This document shows, piece by piece, positions 19,485 through 28,737 of a stretch of 53,815 bases of DNA. A program made the translations under genes and the position numbers. The first letter of the stretch is position 1, and every line of letters starts with the position of its first letter. The stretch comes from Bacteroidales bacterium (GTDB taxonomy: Bacteria > Bacteroidota > Bacteroidia > Bacteroidales > VadinHA17), in the NCBI GenBank assembly GCA_027028505.1, contig JALVJE010000229.1, positions 1-53,815 of the forward strand, written 5' to 3'. Under the pieces are notes generated by a model that was given only the letters and a program-made list of their open reading frames with translations, was not told where the DNA came from and did not search any database.

Positions 19485-19524
19485 CCTGTCTGCCCTGCCT
19501 GCCGGCAGGCAGGCGACAGGCAGG
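19485..19524. repeat. Nested CCTGCC-type REP-like palindromes
   Basis: CCTGCCTGCCGGCAGGCAGG (19494-19513) sits inside CCTGTCTGC|CGACAGGCAGG. Relatives at 25839-25858 and 52341-52356. Confidence 0.8.
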
Positions 19525-19575
19525 AATCCCGGCTTGCCGGGGTTGATAAGTTAACCACAAACCACGAACTACAAA

Positions 19576-19663
19576 TCCCGAAATTGTCGAAATCTTTGAT
19601 TTCGTTACAATTTCGAGGATCCTCGCAGTTCCAACGGGATCGAAGCTCCCGGGAACTGCGGGA
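19576..19663. repeat. Double-hairpin element, copy 1
   Basis: TCCCG-stem-loop-CGAGGATCCTCG-stem-loop-CGGGA inside an AC(C/T)ACNA heptamer array. Confidence 0.8.
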
Positions 19664-19686
19664 CCACTAACCACCTCCCCGGTCGA

Positions 19687-20598
19687 TCATTCAGTAGTAA
19701 GCTCCCGGAACACTTCCTCGAGGCTGCGGCCGGCGAGGGCCAGATTTTTCAGGGTGAGGCCCTGTTCCACGGCCAGGCGGAAGATCTCTTCGCGGATATC
19801 TGTATCGCAGGTGAGGACCCAGGCATGCCCACCGGCGGGGGACACCTCTTTGACATGCTCCAGGTTCCTGAGGAGCTTGTCAGGTACCGCTTCCACAAAC
19901 TCGGTGTGGATGGTACAGAGGCTCTGCTGTTCCCGCAGGTTGACCAGCGACTGCTCGGTCTCGTCGGCGATGATCCTGCCCTTATGGATGATGATCACCC
20001 GGTCGCACACTGCCTCCACCTCCTGCATGATGTGGGTGGAGAGCAGCACCGTCTTTTCGCGGCCCAGCGACCTGATGAGCTCGCGGATCTCTACGATCTG
20101 GTTGGGGTCAAGGCCGGAGGTGGGCTCGTCGAGAATGAGGATGTCGGGATCGTGCAGTAGTGCCTGGGCCAGCCCCACCCGCTGCCGGTATCCTTTCGAG
20201 AGCGAACCGATCTGCTTGTGCTGCTCCGGGCCCAGCCCCGTCAGGCCGATGATCTCTTCCACCCTTTTCTTTTTCTCCCGCCCCAGCTTGTAGATCCCGC
20301 CTACGTAACTCAGGTACTCCCGTACATACATCTCCTGGTACAGGGGGTTGTGTTCGGGAAGGTAGCCGATCATCTTCCGTACCTCCAGCAGGTTGTTGCG
20401 TACCTCCAGACCATTGACCAGCACCTCCCCGGAAGAAGGGGGAAGAAAACCCGTGATGATCTTCATCATGGTAGACTTGCCGGCTCCGTTGGGTCCCAGA
20501 AAACCGGTGACATGCCCCTTCTCCACGGAAAAGGAGACCCGGTCCAGAGCTTTCTGCTCACCGTACCATTTTGTTATGTTCCTTGCGGTTATTGACAT
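19687..20598 (-). CDS. gldA: GldA-like ABC transporter ATP-binding protein
   Basis: GPNGAGKST, LSKGYRQRVGLAQA, LILDEPTSGLDPNQ, STH; N-terminus MSITARNITKWYGEQKAL resembles Bacteroidota GldA. Confidence 0.75.
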   Translation of the reverse strand: MSITARNITKWYGEQKALDRVSFSVEKGHVTGFLGPNGAGKSTMMKIITGFLPPSSGEVLVNGLEVRNNLLEVRKMIGYLPEHNPLYQEMYVREYLSYVGGIYKLGREKKKRVEEIIGLTGLGPEQHKQIGSLSKGYRQRVGLAQALLHDPDILILDEPTSGLDPNQIVEIRELIRSLGREKTVLLSTHIMQEVEAVCDRVIIIHKGRIIADETEQSLVNLREQQSLCTIHTEFVEAVPDKLLRNLEHVKEVSPAGGHAWVLTCDTDIREEIFRLAVEQGLTLKNLALAGRSLEEVFRELTTE

Positions 20599-20957
20599 GG
20601 AAAGGTGCTTGAGATCCTTGATCGTTCAGCAATGAAAAGCGCTTGCGATTTTCAATTGCTGATTTTGGGTTTAAAGTTAATAAATAATTGAAGGAAAAGC
20701 CCTGTTTTTCCCTCTTGCGGATATACCCGGGAATCCATCCACTATGATCAAAAAAACTTGTCCTTTCATGCAACAAAAGGGAGGTTTTTTCGTCATATAA
20801 ATGAAAGCAGTAGGTTTTGCGGGTTTATGAATAGGTTAACACCAAAAGGGAACTGAAAGGTTCCCTTTTCTTTTTTGTATTTTTATGCCGGCGTAGGGGA
20901 AGAGAAGGGTGGATATTTGAAAGGACGGATAACTGTAATCTCATAAAACCGGATGTT

Positions 20958-22403
20958 ATGAGTTTCACTTTACTGGGTTTTCTCATTTATCTGTTGCTGG
21001 TCCTGCTGGTAGGTTTTATAACCTATCATTCCAACAAGTCCCATGAAGATTTTTTCATTGCGGGCCGCAAGCTCAACCCCTGGGTGGTTGCATTTTCCGA
21101 GCGGGCCTCGGGCGAATCGGCCTGGTTGCTGGTAGGGTTGCCGGGAGCGGCCCTGGCGGCCGGATTCCTGCATGTGTGGACGGCCCTGGGGTGTGTGCTC
21201 GGCATTATTTTCTACTGGTTCGTGATCGCCAAAGATCTGCGGGTGCAGTCGGAGAATTTCGGGGCCATCACCCTGCCCAACTTTTTTTCGGAAAAACTGG
21301 GCGAAGGCGGAAATATGATCCGTCTTTTCTCCTCGCTCATCATCGTTTTCTTTTTCACCTTTTATCTGGCGGCCCAGTTCAATGGCGCCGGCAAGGTGTT
21401 ATTCGTCACTTTTGGTATCCCGCAGTTCTGGGGTATCGTCCTGGGGGCCGTTGTGATCATCTTCTACACCATGATGGGCGGATTTTTTGCCGTAGCCTGG
21501 ACCGACTTCATCCAGGGGATCATCATGATCGGCACGCTGGTGATCCTGCCGGTGATCGGGCTGATCGAGATCGGTGAGACGGGTCACTCTCTGCGGGAGG
21601 CTGTTCATCTCGCCGGGCCTCACTATGCCAGCCTCACAGGAGGAGCCACGGGGCTGGCAGCCGTGAGCGTGGTGATCGGAGGTCTCAGCTGGTTCTTCGG
21701 ATATATGGGGCAGCCGCATCTGCTCACCCGGTTCATGGCCATAAAGGACAGTGAAAAGATCAAAGTGAGCCGCCGCATAGCCATCGCCTGGGCCATACCG
21801 GCCTTTACAGGCGCGTTCCTCATCGGACTGGTGGGCCTGGCCATGTTCGGCGAAGGGCATTTCCAGGATGTCGAGCAGGTAATGCCGGCACTGGCCAACG
21901 ACTTCCTGCCGGCCTGGCTGGCAGGGATCTTTATCTCCGGTGCCATCGCCGCCATGATGTCCACTGCCGACAGCCAGCTGCTGGTCATCACCTCGTCGGT
22001 GATAGAGGACTTTTATCACCAGACCCTCAAAAAAGACCTCTCCAACCGGAAAATGCTCTTCCTCAGCCGTGTGATCACGGTGGCCGTGGGACTTCTTGCC
22101 TTTGTCATTGCCGTCACCTCCACCAAGCTGGTGTTCGGACTGGTATCCTATGCCTGGTCAGGCCTGGGGGCATCCTTCGGACCGGCGTTACTGTTGTTGC
22201 TGAAATGGAAGAAAACCAACTGGCAGGGCGTGCTGGCCGGGATGATCACCGGAACGTTCACCACTATCATCTGGTCGGAGATCACCGTACTCGACCAGGC
22301 GGTATCCGTACGCTTCGTCTCTTTTGTCCTGGCCTTCCTGGCCATCATCGTCGTGAGCCTGGCTACCGGAAAGAAAAATAAATCTTTGGTCCGGAACCCA
22401 TGA
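20958..22403 (+). CDS. putP: Sodium/proline symporter (SSS family)
   Basis: About 13 hydrophobic segments; SAWLLVGLPG, WTDFIQG, GYMGQPH, AAMMSTADSQLL, AWSGLGASFGP. Confidence 0.88.
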   Translation: MSFTLLGFLIYLLLVLLVGFITYHSNKSHEDFFIAGRKLNPWVVAFSERASGESAWLLVGLPGAALAAGFLHVWTALGCVLGIIFYWFVIAKDLRVQSENFGAITLPNFFSEKLGEGGNMIRLFSSLIIVFFFTFYLAAQFNGAGKVLFVTFGIPQFWGIVLGAVVIIFYTMMGGFFAVAWTDFIQGIIMIGTLVILPVIGLIEIGETGHSLREAVHLAGPHYASLTGGATGLAAVSVVIGGLSWFFGYMGQPHLLTRFMAIKDSEKIKVSRRIAIAWAIPAFTGAFLIGLVGLAMFGEGHFQDVEQVMPALANDFLPAWLAGIFISGAIAAMMSTADSQLLVITSSVIEDFYHQTLKKDLSNRKMLFLSRVITVAVGLLAFVIAVTSTKLVFGLVSYAWSGLGASFGPALLLLLKWKKTNWQGVLAGMITGTFTTIIWSEITVLDQAVSVRFVSFVLAFLAIIVVSLATGKKNKSLVRNP

Positions 22404-25306
22404 AAAAAGTCGCATACATCTTAACCTTGCTGCTGTTGGTACCTGTCACAGGCCGGGGCCAGAACTGGAAAGCCCTGAAGCAGCAGTTGCTGGACAAGGC
22501 GAAGAAAGAGGCCGTTCACATTGCCAAAAGGAGCGCAAAGGTGCTGGAGGATTCCCTGCGTGCCCGCATTGTCCGGTGGAGTGAGTCGTATGATCCGGCC
22601 GAACTGAACTATGCCGTCTCTTTCAGTGACAATTCCGGTTTCTACGAGGCCGAGGACAAATTTGAGACCTACAAGCGCTCGATCATCGGCTTTGCCGCCC
22701 GGCCGGGGACGGTGGACGAGAAGATCGATGACCGGCTGGAAAAAATGGACCCGGACGACTACAACCGCACGGGCGAGCTGTTGTATGCCACGGGGCATTA
22801 CCAGGGGGCACAGAACGCTTTTCTCACGGCCCTCCTTTTGTTGCAAAAGGAGGGAAAGGAAAATACGGAGAAATATGCCCTGGTACAGAGCAACCTGGGA
22901 TTGCTTTTCCAGACCACCGGCCGGTATTATGAGGCGGAAGAGATGAACAGCCGCGCCCTGGACCTCCGGGAAGAGCTGAAAGATCCCGGCCCCCTGGGAG
23001 CTTCCTGCAATAACATGGGCGTGCTGTACAAGGAGACAGCGCGTTATGCCGCTGCCGACAGCCTGCTGAACAAAGCCCTGACTCTGACTGCCGGCTCCCG
23101 GGGGAAGAACTCGACCGCCTATGCCGTGATCCTGAACAACCTGGCGGTGCTCAACCAGCAACTGGGGAAATATGAGAAAGCGGAAAAACTGATGGACCAG
23201 GCCCTGGCAGTGGCGCAGGAGAACATCGGAAGTAAGTCGCCCAATTTCGTCCGGATGAAGGTCAACCTGGCCATGCTGTACGAGGCTCAGGGGAAAAGGG
23301 AGGAGGCCGAGAAGATCTTCCTGGAGGCCATGGCTGTCAAGAGAAGGCGGCTCGGGGCGAAACATCCCGACTATGCGGTCATGGAACAGAACCTGGCCGG
23401 GCTATACCTGGCCAACGGGCAGTATGACAAGGTGGAGGACCTCCTGAAAAGCGCCCTGAAGATCTTTGACAAAAAATTCGGCACCTCCCATCCCTCTTAT
23501 GCCGGGGCGCTGGCCGACCTGGGACGGTACCATCTGTTTATGGAACAGCCGGAGAAAGCCCGTCCCGAGATCGACAAGGCATACGCTGTTCTGGAGGAGA
23601 GCCTGCCGGAACACCATCCGCGGCTGGCCGCCCTGCAGGAGGCCCGGGCCATCCTGGAATGGGAAGAAGGGAATTACGAAAAGGCTTTTGAAGGGTACCG
23701 AAACGTCCTGGATGAGTACATTGCCCAGATCGACCGGTATTTCCCGGCGCTCAGCGAATACGGACAGGCTGCTTTCTGGCATACGGTCAGCCCCCGTTTC
23801 GAGCGCTTTTTCAACTTCTCCCTCGAAGCCGGGGATAAAGTGCCGGAGATGCCGGTGGCGTTCTACAATTACCGCATTGCCACCAAAGCCTTGCTGCTCA
23901 ATACCTCCAGCCGTATGCGCAACAGCATCCTGCAGGGGACTGACAAAGAACTGAAAGACCTGTACAGCCGGTGGCTGGACATGAAACAGTACCTGGGGAC
24001 GGTCTATTCGATGACCAATGAAGAGATACAAAAGAACGGCATCAACGTAGATTCGCTGGAAAATGTGACCGAAAACCTGGAGAAAAAGCTGGCAGCCCGC
24101 TCCGGACTCTTCGGCAAAGGCGGGGAAAAAGAGAAGGCCGGTTTTTCGCAGGTACGGCAGAGCCTTGGTGCCGGCGAGGCAGTGGTGGAGCTCGTCCGCC
24201 TGACGGGCTATGATCATTACCGCCGCGATACTACGGTCCGTTACCTGGCCCTGGTGGTGACGAAAGACCGGGACAGGCCGCTGATCGTACCCATACCCGG
24301 AGGCAATGACCTGGAAAGGGAGAAGATCGCCGGCTACCGGCAGGCCATGCAGCAGGCGCGGAAGAAAGTGCCTTTTGCGGATGTTTTCTGGACACCGGTG
24401 GAGGACAGGGTGGGGGACAGGCAGGTCCTTTATATTTCGCCTGACGGCATATACAATTTCGTCAATATCAACACCCTGCAGTTCGATGACGGCTCTTTTG
24501 TCATGGACAAACATGAGATCTCCTATCTGACCAATACGCGGGATATCCTGACCCTGAAACAAAAAAATGCGAAAAGCAGCCGGCATACGGCCGTTCTCGC
24601 CGGCAACCCGCAGTATGACCTGGGACTGGACTGGGACCGGATGAAAGAGATGCCTCTGCCGGCGCTGCCCGCTACGGAGACCGAGGTGAAAAAGGTGAAC
24701 GGTATCCTGAAGACTCATGGCTGGAAGACCACCCTTTACCTGCAGAAGGAGGCGACGGAAGAGCACATACGCCACGTGCGCCGGCCGGAGCTGCTGCACC
24801 TGGCCACCCACGGCTATTTCCTGCCCGATATCCCGCCCTCCACGGAAAAGATCTTCGGCATCGAGCCGCAAAGGGCCGTGGCCAACCCCCTGCTGCGCTC
24901 AGGCCTTTTGTTCACCGGTGCCGACAGGACGATACAGAACCTCGACTCCCTCTCCGCGGAGGGACAGGATGACGGCATCCTCAATGCTTACGAAGCTTCG
25001 ATGATGGACCTGTCCGGAACGGACATGGTGGTGCTAAGCGCCTGTGAGACCGGTCTGGGCGAGGTGCGCAACGGCGAAGGTGTGTACGGTCTGCAGCGCT
25101 CCTTCCAGCTGGCCGGCGCCACCTCGGTGATGATCTCCCTGTGGCAGGTGAGCGATGAGGTGACACAGAAGCTGATGAGCCTTTTCTACAACTACTGGCT
25201 GCAGAGCGGCGACAAACAAAAAGCCTTCCTCCAGGCCCAACGCGCCATCAAGAAAGAATACCCCGCTCCTTTTTTTTGGGGTGCGTTTATTCTGGTAAAT
25301 AAGTAA
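22400..25306 (+). CDS. Exported TPR-repeat CHAT-domain (caspase-like) protease
   Basis: Signal peptide, kinesin-light-chain-type TPRs (HPDYA, NNLA), LHLATHG and VVLSACETG dyad, SLWQVSD, PFFWGAF. ATGA overlap with putP. Confidence 0.9.
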   Translation: MKKVAYILTLLLLVPVTGRGQNWKALKQQLLDKAKKEAVHIAKRSAKVLEDSLRARIVRWSESYDPAELNYAVSFSDNSGFYEAEDKFETYKRSIIGFAARPGTVDEKIDDRLEKMDPDDYNRTGELLYATGHYQGAQNAFLTALLLLQKEGKENTEKYALVQSNLGLLFQTTGRYYEAEEMNSRALDLREELKDPGPLGASCNNMGVLYKETARYAAADSLLNKALTLTAGSRGKNSTAYAVILNNLAVLNQQLGKYEKAEKLMDQALAVAQENIGSKSPNFVRMKVNLAMLYEAQGKREEAEKIFLEAMAVKRRRLGAKHPDYAVMEQNLAGLYLANGQYDKVEDLLKSALKIFDKKFGTSHPSYAGALADLGRYHLFMEQPEKARPEIDKAYAVLEESLPEHHPRLAALQEARAILEWEEGNYEKAFEGYRNVLDEYIAQIDRYFPALSEYGQAAFWHTVSPRFERFFNFSLEAGDKVPEMPVAFYNYRIATKALLLNTSSRMRNSILQGTDKELKDLYSRWLDMKQYLGTVYSMTNEEIQKNGINVDSLENVTENLEKKLAARSGLFGKGGEKEKAGFSQVRQSLGAGEAVVELVRLTGYDHYRRDTTVRYLALVVTKDRDRPLIVPIPGGNDLEREKIAGYRQAMQQARKKVPFADVFWTPVEDRVGDRQVLYISPDGIYNFVNINTLQFDDGSFVMDKHEISYLTNTRDILTLKQKNAKSSRHTAVLAGNPQYDLGLDWDRMKEMPLPALPATETEVKKVNGILKTHGWKTTLYLQKEATEEHIRHVRRPELLHLATHGYFLPDIPPSTEKIFGIEPQRAVANPLLRSGLLFTGADRTIQNLDSLSAEGQDDGILNAYEASMMDLSGTDMVVLSACETGLGEVRNGEGVYGLQRSFQLAGATSVMISLWQVSDEVTQKLMSLFYNYWLQSGDKQKAFLQAQRAIKKEYPAPFFWGAFILVNK

Positions 25307-25332
25307 AGACCGGGAGGGTGAAGTACTTGGAG

Positions 25333-25404
25333 TCCCGAAAAATCAAAGATTTTTCGAGGATCCTCGAAAAACTACGCAAATCTTAGATTTGCTGTTTTTC
25401 GGGA
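25333..25404. repeat. Double-hairpin element, copy 2
   Basis: TCCCG-AAAAATC/GATTTTT-CGAGGATCCTCG-stem-loop-CGGGA. Confidence 0.8.
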
Positions 25405-25456
25405 TGCCTAAAGTTAAAAATTGGTAGCTAAGGACTCTTCAATCATTCACTCATTC

Positions 25457-25513
25457 CCCGTCCGAACGGACGTTCGTCCCTGCCCGAATGGCTCGGTCAG
25501 GCGGGCGGGCGGG
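25457..25513. repeat. CCCGTCCG-type REP-like hairpin with nested CCTGCCCG hairpin
   Basis: CCCGTCCGAACGGACGTTCGTC|CCTGCCCGAATGGCTCGGTCAGGCGGG|CGGGCGGG inside a TCATTCAM octamer array. Confidence 0.7.
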
Positions 25514-25656
25514 AATCATTCACGCATTCCTCCCCCAGCACCCCCTCTCATCATCTCATCATCGTCCCTTTACTCTACGCTCTCCGCTCTGCTCATCTCT
25601 CACCTCTCACCTCTCATCACTCTGCGCTCTGTGCCCTGCGCCCCCTGCCTAACACC

Positions 25657-25712
25657 CCCGTCCGACTGGCGTCAGCCCTGCCCGAATGAATTCGTTCAGG
25701 CGGACGGGCGGG
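25657..25712. repeat. Second nested CCCGTCCG/CCTGCCCG hairpin
   Basis: CCCGTCCGACTGGCGTCAGC|CCTGCCCGAATGAATTCGTTCAGGCGGA|CGGGCGGG. Confidence 0.7.
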
Positions 25713-25751
25713 CAGTACCTTCCAGAAGTTTGGAGTACTTAGAGAGTGGAG

Positions 25752-25818
25752 TCCCGCAACTCATGAAATCTTCGATTTCACATGAGTTGCGAGGATGCTC
25801 GCAAATTGATTTGCGGTA
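25752..25818. repeat. Double-hairpin element, copy 3
   Basis: TCCCG-CAACTCATG/CATGAGTTG-CGAGGATGCTCG-CAAAT/ATTTG-CGGTA. Confidence 0.8.
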
Positions 25819-26000
25819 TGTGGAGTTGTTATTCGCATCCTGCCTGCCGGCAGGCGGGTATCGCATCATCTCATCATCGTCCCTTTACTCTACGCTCTCC
25901 GCTCTGCTCATCTCTCACCTCTCACCTCTCACCTCTCACCTCTCATTACTCATTACTCTGCGCTCTGTGCTCTGTGCTCTGCGCTCTGTGCCCTGCGCCC

Positions 26001-27569
26001 TCACTCCGCCCTCTCCAGCCCATCCTCCGTCATCACCCAGCACTTTCCGGCCATATCATAGACAGGGATGTATTTTCCGGTAGGGATGTAGTCGAGCAAG
26101 TAACGCAGTTTTTCGTCCAGGCAGATCACGGTGCCTACCGGCAGGCGAAGACGATAATCCAATTGCTGGCCATACCAGATCTTTCCGGCAGAGAACCAGG
26201 GATGCAGGAGAAGGGTGTGTGAATTGAGGAAACTCAGGTTGGCGGAGATCTTTTCAGCTCTTTTGAGGGCTGCTTCGCGGCTGTTCCCATAGGCTTTTTT
26301 GACGATCACCAGCTCTGATTTTTCTGCTCCCGAAGGAACGATATCTATTTCGGGGCGGGCCAGCAGTATGTCTCTCTCCGTATCCCTGTAAATGCCCTTT
26401 TGCCGGAAAGAGATCACTTCCTCGATAGCATCATTGTAGGTAGTAGGGGTTGTAACGAAAAGGGTGTCTCCGGCTGAAATATCGAGGGAGGTTGTTTCGG
26501 TGAGGCGGGCATGCCTGGAATAATTGGATGCAATGTCAACGATGAAAAGGCCCAGGCTCACGGCGCTGATCAGCCAGATGACAAAAAATACCACCCCGGC
26601 AATGCGGTTGCTGGCACGGATGTTGAAAATGAGCCTTACGCCGGCATATACGAGGGCCAGAAGAGGAATGCCCAGCGTAAGGACCAGACTGCCGAGGATA
26701 TAGGGAACGTTCTCGGGCCGGGTGAAAATGGCCAGGGCTTCCCGTAGATCAAAGAAAGAGGCTACCTGTATAGGAGGGGTGAGATAGCTGAAATGAAAGA
26801 AGAAAGTCCCCAACAGGGCAATCAGAATGATCAGCCCCGCGAGTACGAAAGCTATACCGATCAGGATCCCGAGGATCTTCAATCCGACCAGCAATATCTC
26901 TCCGATCACCCGCACGAACTCCTGCAGGGCGTTGCGCGAACGGCGGTACCCATCGCTCTCCGGAATGGTTTTCAGGTTGTTTTTTACCTTGTGAAATTCC
27001 TGGCTGATGTTCTTGCTGATGTTGCTGAGGTTGACCGGCTGTCCTGTCATCTCCAGGCGTTGCGCAGCCGTCTTTGCTTCGGGGATGATCAGCCACATCA
27101 GGAGATATATCAGGATAGAAGAGCCATACAAGAGGGTCAGCACGATGAAAGCCACCCTGAACCACACGGGGTCGACATTGAAATAAACGCCCAGGCCTCC
27201 GCACACCCCGCCCAGCACAGCATTGTCAGGATCGCGGAAAAGACGTTTGCGTGTTTCCGTACCTGCCGGTGGTCCCTCCGGCGCTGAAGAGAACTCCTCA
27301 CCACCGGCATCAATGATATCCTCCGGCCGGCCCAGCAGGGAGATCACCGCTGTCACATCCTCTCGGGTGACCACCTCGCGTTTTCCGCCCAGGCGGTCGT
27401 TAAAGATCTCAGCGATACGAGTTTCGATGTCCTGGATGATCTCCTCATGCTCCTCCTGTGAGGCCAGGCGGTTGCCAATTTCTTCAAGATAGCGGGAGAG
27501 CTCGGCATAAGCATCTTCATCCATGAAGAAGACGCTGCCCTGCAGACTTATTTTGATCGTTTTTTTCAT
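26001..27569 (-). CDS. Long PspC-domain membrane protein
   Basis: Start moved to MKKTIKI (ATG 27569). DIETRIAEIF, RLFRDPDNAVLGGVCGGLG (PspC), several TM segments and a C-terminal soluble domain. Confidence 0.88.
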   Translation of the reverse strand: MKKTIKISLQGSVFFMDEDAYAELSRYLEEIGNRLASQEEHEEIIQDIETRIAEIFNDRLGGKREVVTREDVTAVISLLGRPEDIIDAGGEEFSSAPEGPPAGTETRKRLFRDPDNAVLGGVCGGLGVYFNVDPVWFRVAFIVLTLLYGSSILIYLLMWLIIPEAKTAAQRLEMTGQPVNLSNISKNISQEFHKVKNNLKTIPESDGYRRSRNALQEFVRVIGEILLVGLKILGILIGIAFVLAGLIILIALLGTFFFHFSYLTPPIQVASFFDLREALAIFTRPENVPYILGSLVLTLGIPLLALVYAGVRLIFNIRASNRIAGVVFFVIWLISAVSLGLFIVDIASNYSRHARLTETTSLDISAGDTLFVTTPTTYNDAIEEVISFRQKGIYRDTERDILLARPEIDIVPSGAEKSELVIVKKAYGNSREAALKRAEKISANLSFLNSHTLLLHPWFSAGKIWYGQQLDYRLRLPVGTVICLDEKLRYLLDYIPTGKYIPVYDMAGKCWVMTEDGLERAE

Positions 27570-27580
27570 CCCGGTAAGTT

Positions 27581-27919
27581 TTATTTTTTCTTGTTGCGTA
27601 TCTTTTCCACAGCATCGATCAGCTCCTTCCATGCCTTATCCAGTTCACGGAGGTACTCCTGTCCGGCCTGGGTCAGTTCGTAATATTTGCGTGGCGGGCC
27701 CTGGGTGGACTCTTCCCAGCGGTAACTGAGCAACCCCGCGTTTTTCTGGCGGGTGAGGATGGGATAAAGCGTTCCCTCCACCACGATGATCCTGGCCTCC
27801 TTCAGCTCTTTCAGGATGTCGGAGGCATAGCAGCTGTTGCGTGAGATGATCGAGAGGATACAGTATTCCAGTACACCCTTGCGCATCTGTGCCTGTGCAT
27901 TTTCAATTTTGATTCCCAT
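27581..27919 (-). CDS. PadR family transcriptional regulator
   Basis: QMRKGVLEYCIL, EGTLYPIL, GPPRKYYELT. Confidence 0.93.
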   Translation of the reverse strand: MGIKIENAQAQMRKGVLEYCILSIISRNSCYASDILKELKEARIIVVEGTLYPILTRQKNAGLLSYRWEESTQGPPRKYYELTQAGQEYLRELDKAWKELIDAVEKIRNKKK

Positions 27920-27948
27920 GATCTTTCTTTTTCATGTTGATACAATGA

Positions 27949-28518
27949 TTAGTTCCCGCTCTCTTCCTTCACCTTTTTACCGATATTGGAGACATTGACC
28001 GGTTCCCCGCGCATCTCCAGCTTCTGGGCAGTGGTCCTGGCTTCCGGGATCACGATCCAGAGGATGAGATACAACAGGATCCCGGCGCCTCCCAGCAGGG
28101 TGATCCCCACAAAAAGCAGCCGGAAGACCAGCGGGTCGATCCTGAAATAAGCCCCCAGGCCTCCGCAGACCCCTCCCAGTATGCGGTTGTCCGGATCGCG
28201 GTAGATACGGCGGTAACGGGTGCGTTTGACATTTTCGTAAACCCCAGAAGGATCTTCCTCCAGAAGATCTTCCGGGTATCCCAGAATACCGATGACCTCT
28301 TCTGCGTTGGTGCGGTTAATGACCTCCTGCCCGGAGGTCATCCGCTCACGGAAAAGGTCGGCCATGCGGGCCTCGATGTCTTCCAGGATCTCGGAAGAAT
28401 CCGGATCGCCGGAATAAAAGTCTCCCAGCCTTTTCAGGTACTCCTCCAGCAAGAGATACGCATCCTCGTCGATGTGGAAGACCAGCCCTCCCAGATTGAT
28501 CGTGATCGTTTTTTTCAT
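27949..28518 (-). CDS. Short PspC-domain protein
   Basis: MKKTITINL, DIEARMADLF, RIYRDPDNRILGGVCGGLG. Collinear with the N-terminal third of the long paralog. Confidence 0.88.
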   Translation of the reverse strand: MKKTITINLGGLVFHIDEDAYLLLEEYLKRLGDFYSGDPDSSEILEDIEARMADLFRERMTSGQEVINRTNAEEVIGILGYPEDLLEEDPSGVYENVKRTRYRRIYRDPDNRILGGVCGGLGAYFRIDPLVFRLLFVGITLLGGAGILLYLILWIVIPEARTTAQKLEMRGEPVNVSNIGKKVKEESGN

Positions 28519-28556
28519 TTTTAAAATATGTGGTTATAGCATTGTAATCTCCATTG

Positions 28557-28597
28557 CAAAGATATGGAAAAAATATAATACTATGTATAACATAATA
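28557..28597 (-). promoter_or_regulatory. Promoter and candidate PadR operator
   Basis: TATCTTTG (28557-28564, minus strand); TACTATGT-ATA-ACATAATA inverted repeat (7/8 match, 28579-28597). Confidence 0.55.
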
Positions 28598-28737
28598 CTA
28601 AAAAATTTAAAATATTTTTGGCGATCTGATGTAAATCACAATGTATCAACGTGTTTAAGTATAACAAAAAAGCAGGTGTCAGGGAGGGAGGAGAGAAATT
28701 ATTTGTAAATTGCGTACCTCAACCAAAATTTACTGCC

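Larger units (their letters stand above)
25549..26000. repeat. Duplicated heptamer-rich block (25549-25643 and 25864-26000)
   Basis: Both copies begin CATCATCTCATCATCGTCCCTTTACTCTACGCTCTCCGCTCTGCTCATCTCTCACC and differ in the number of CTCTCAC and CTCTGYG units. Confidence 0.85.

Noticed and set aside
19576-19663. Double-hairpin elements as true integron attC sites
   Set aside because: No RYYYAAC/GTTRRRY boxes, no cassette ORFs and no integrase in the window; kept only as a mechanistic analogy.
19687-20598. gldA without gldF/gldG as an anomaly
   Set aside because: gldA is commonly unlinked from its permease genes in Bacteroidota, and it does not prove gliding motility.
22421-24871. Antisense ORFs of 314 and 489 aa opposite the CHAT gene
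   Set aside because: Same shadow-frame effect; the plus-strand gene has clear TPR and CHAT motifs.
25421-26083. 220-aa ORF across the repeat region
   Set aside because: Low-complexity translation of heptamer repeats (SHLSPL, LCALRS) that happen to lack stop codons.
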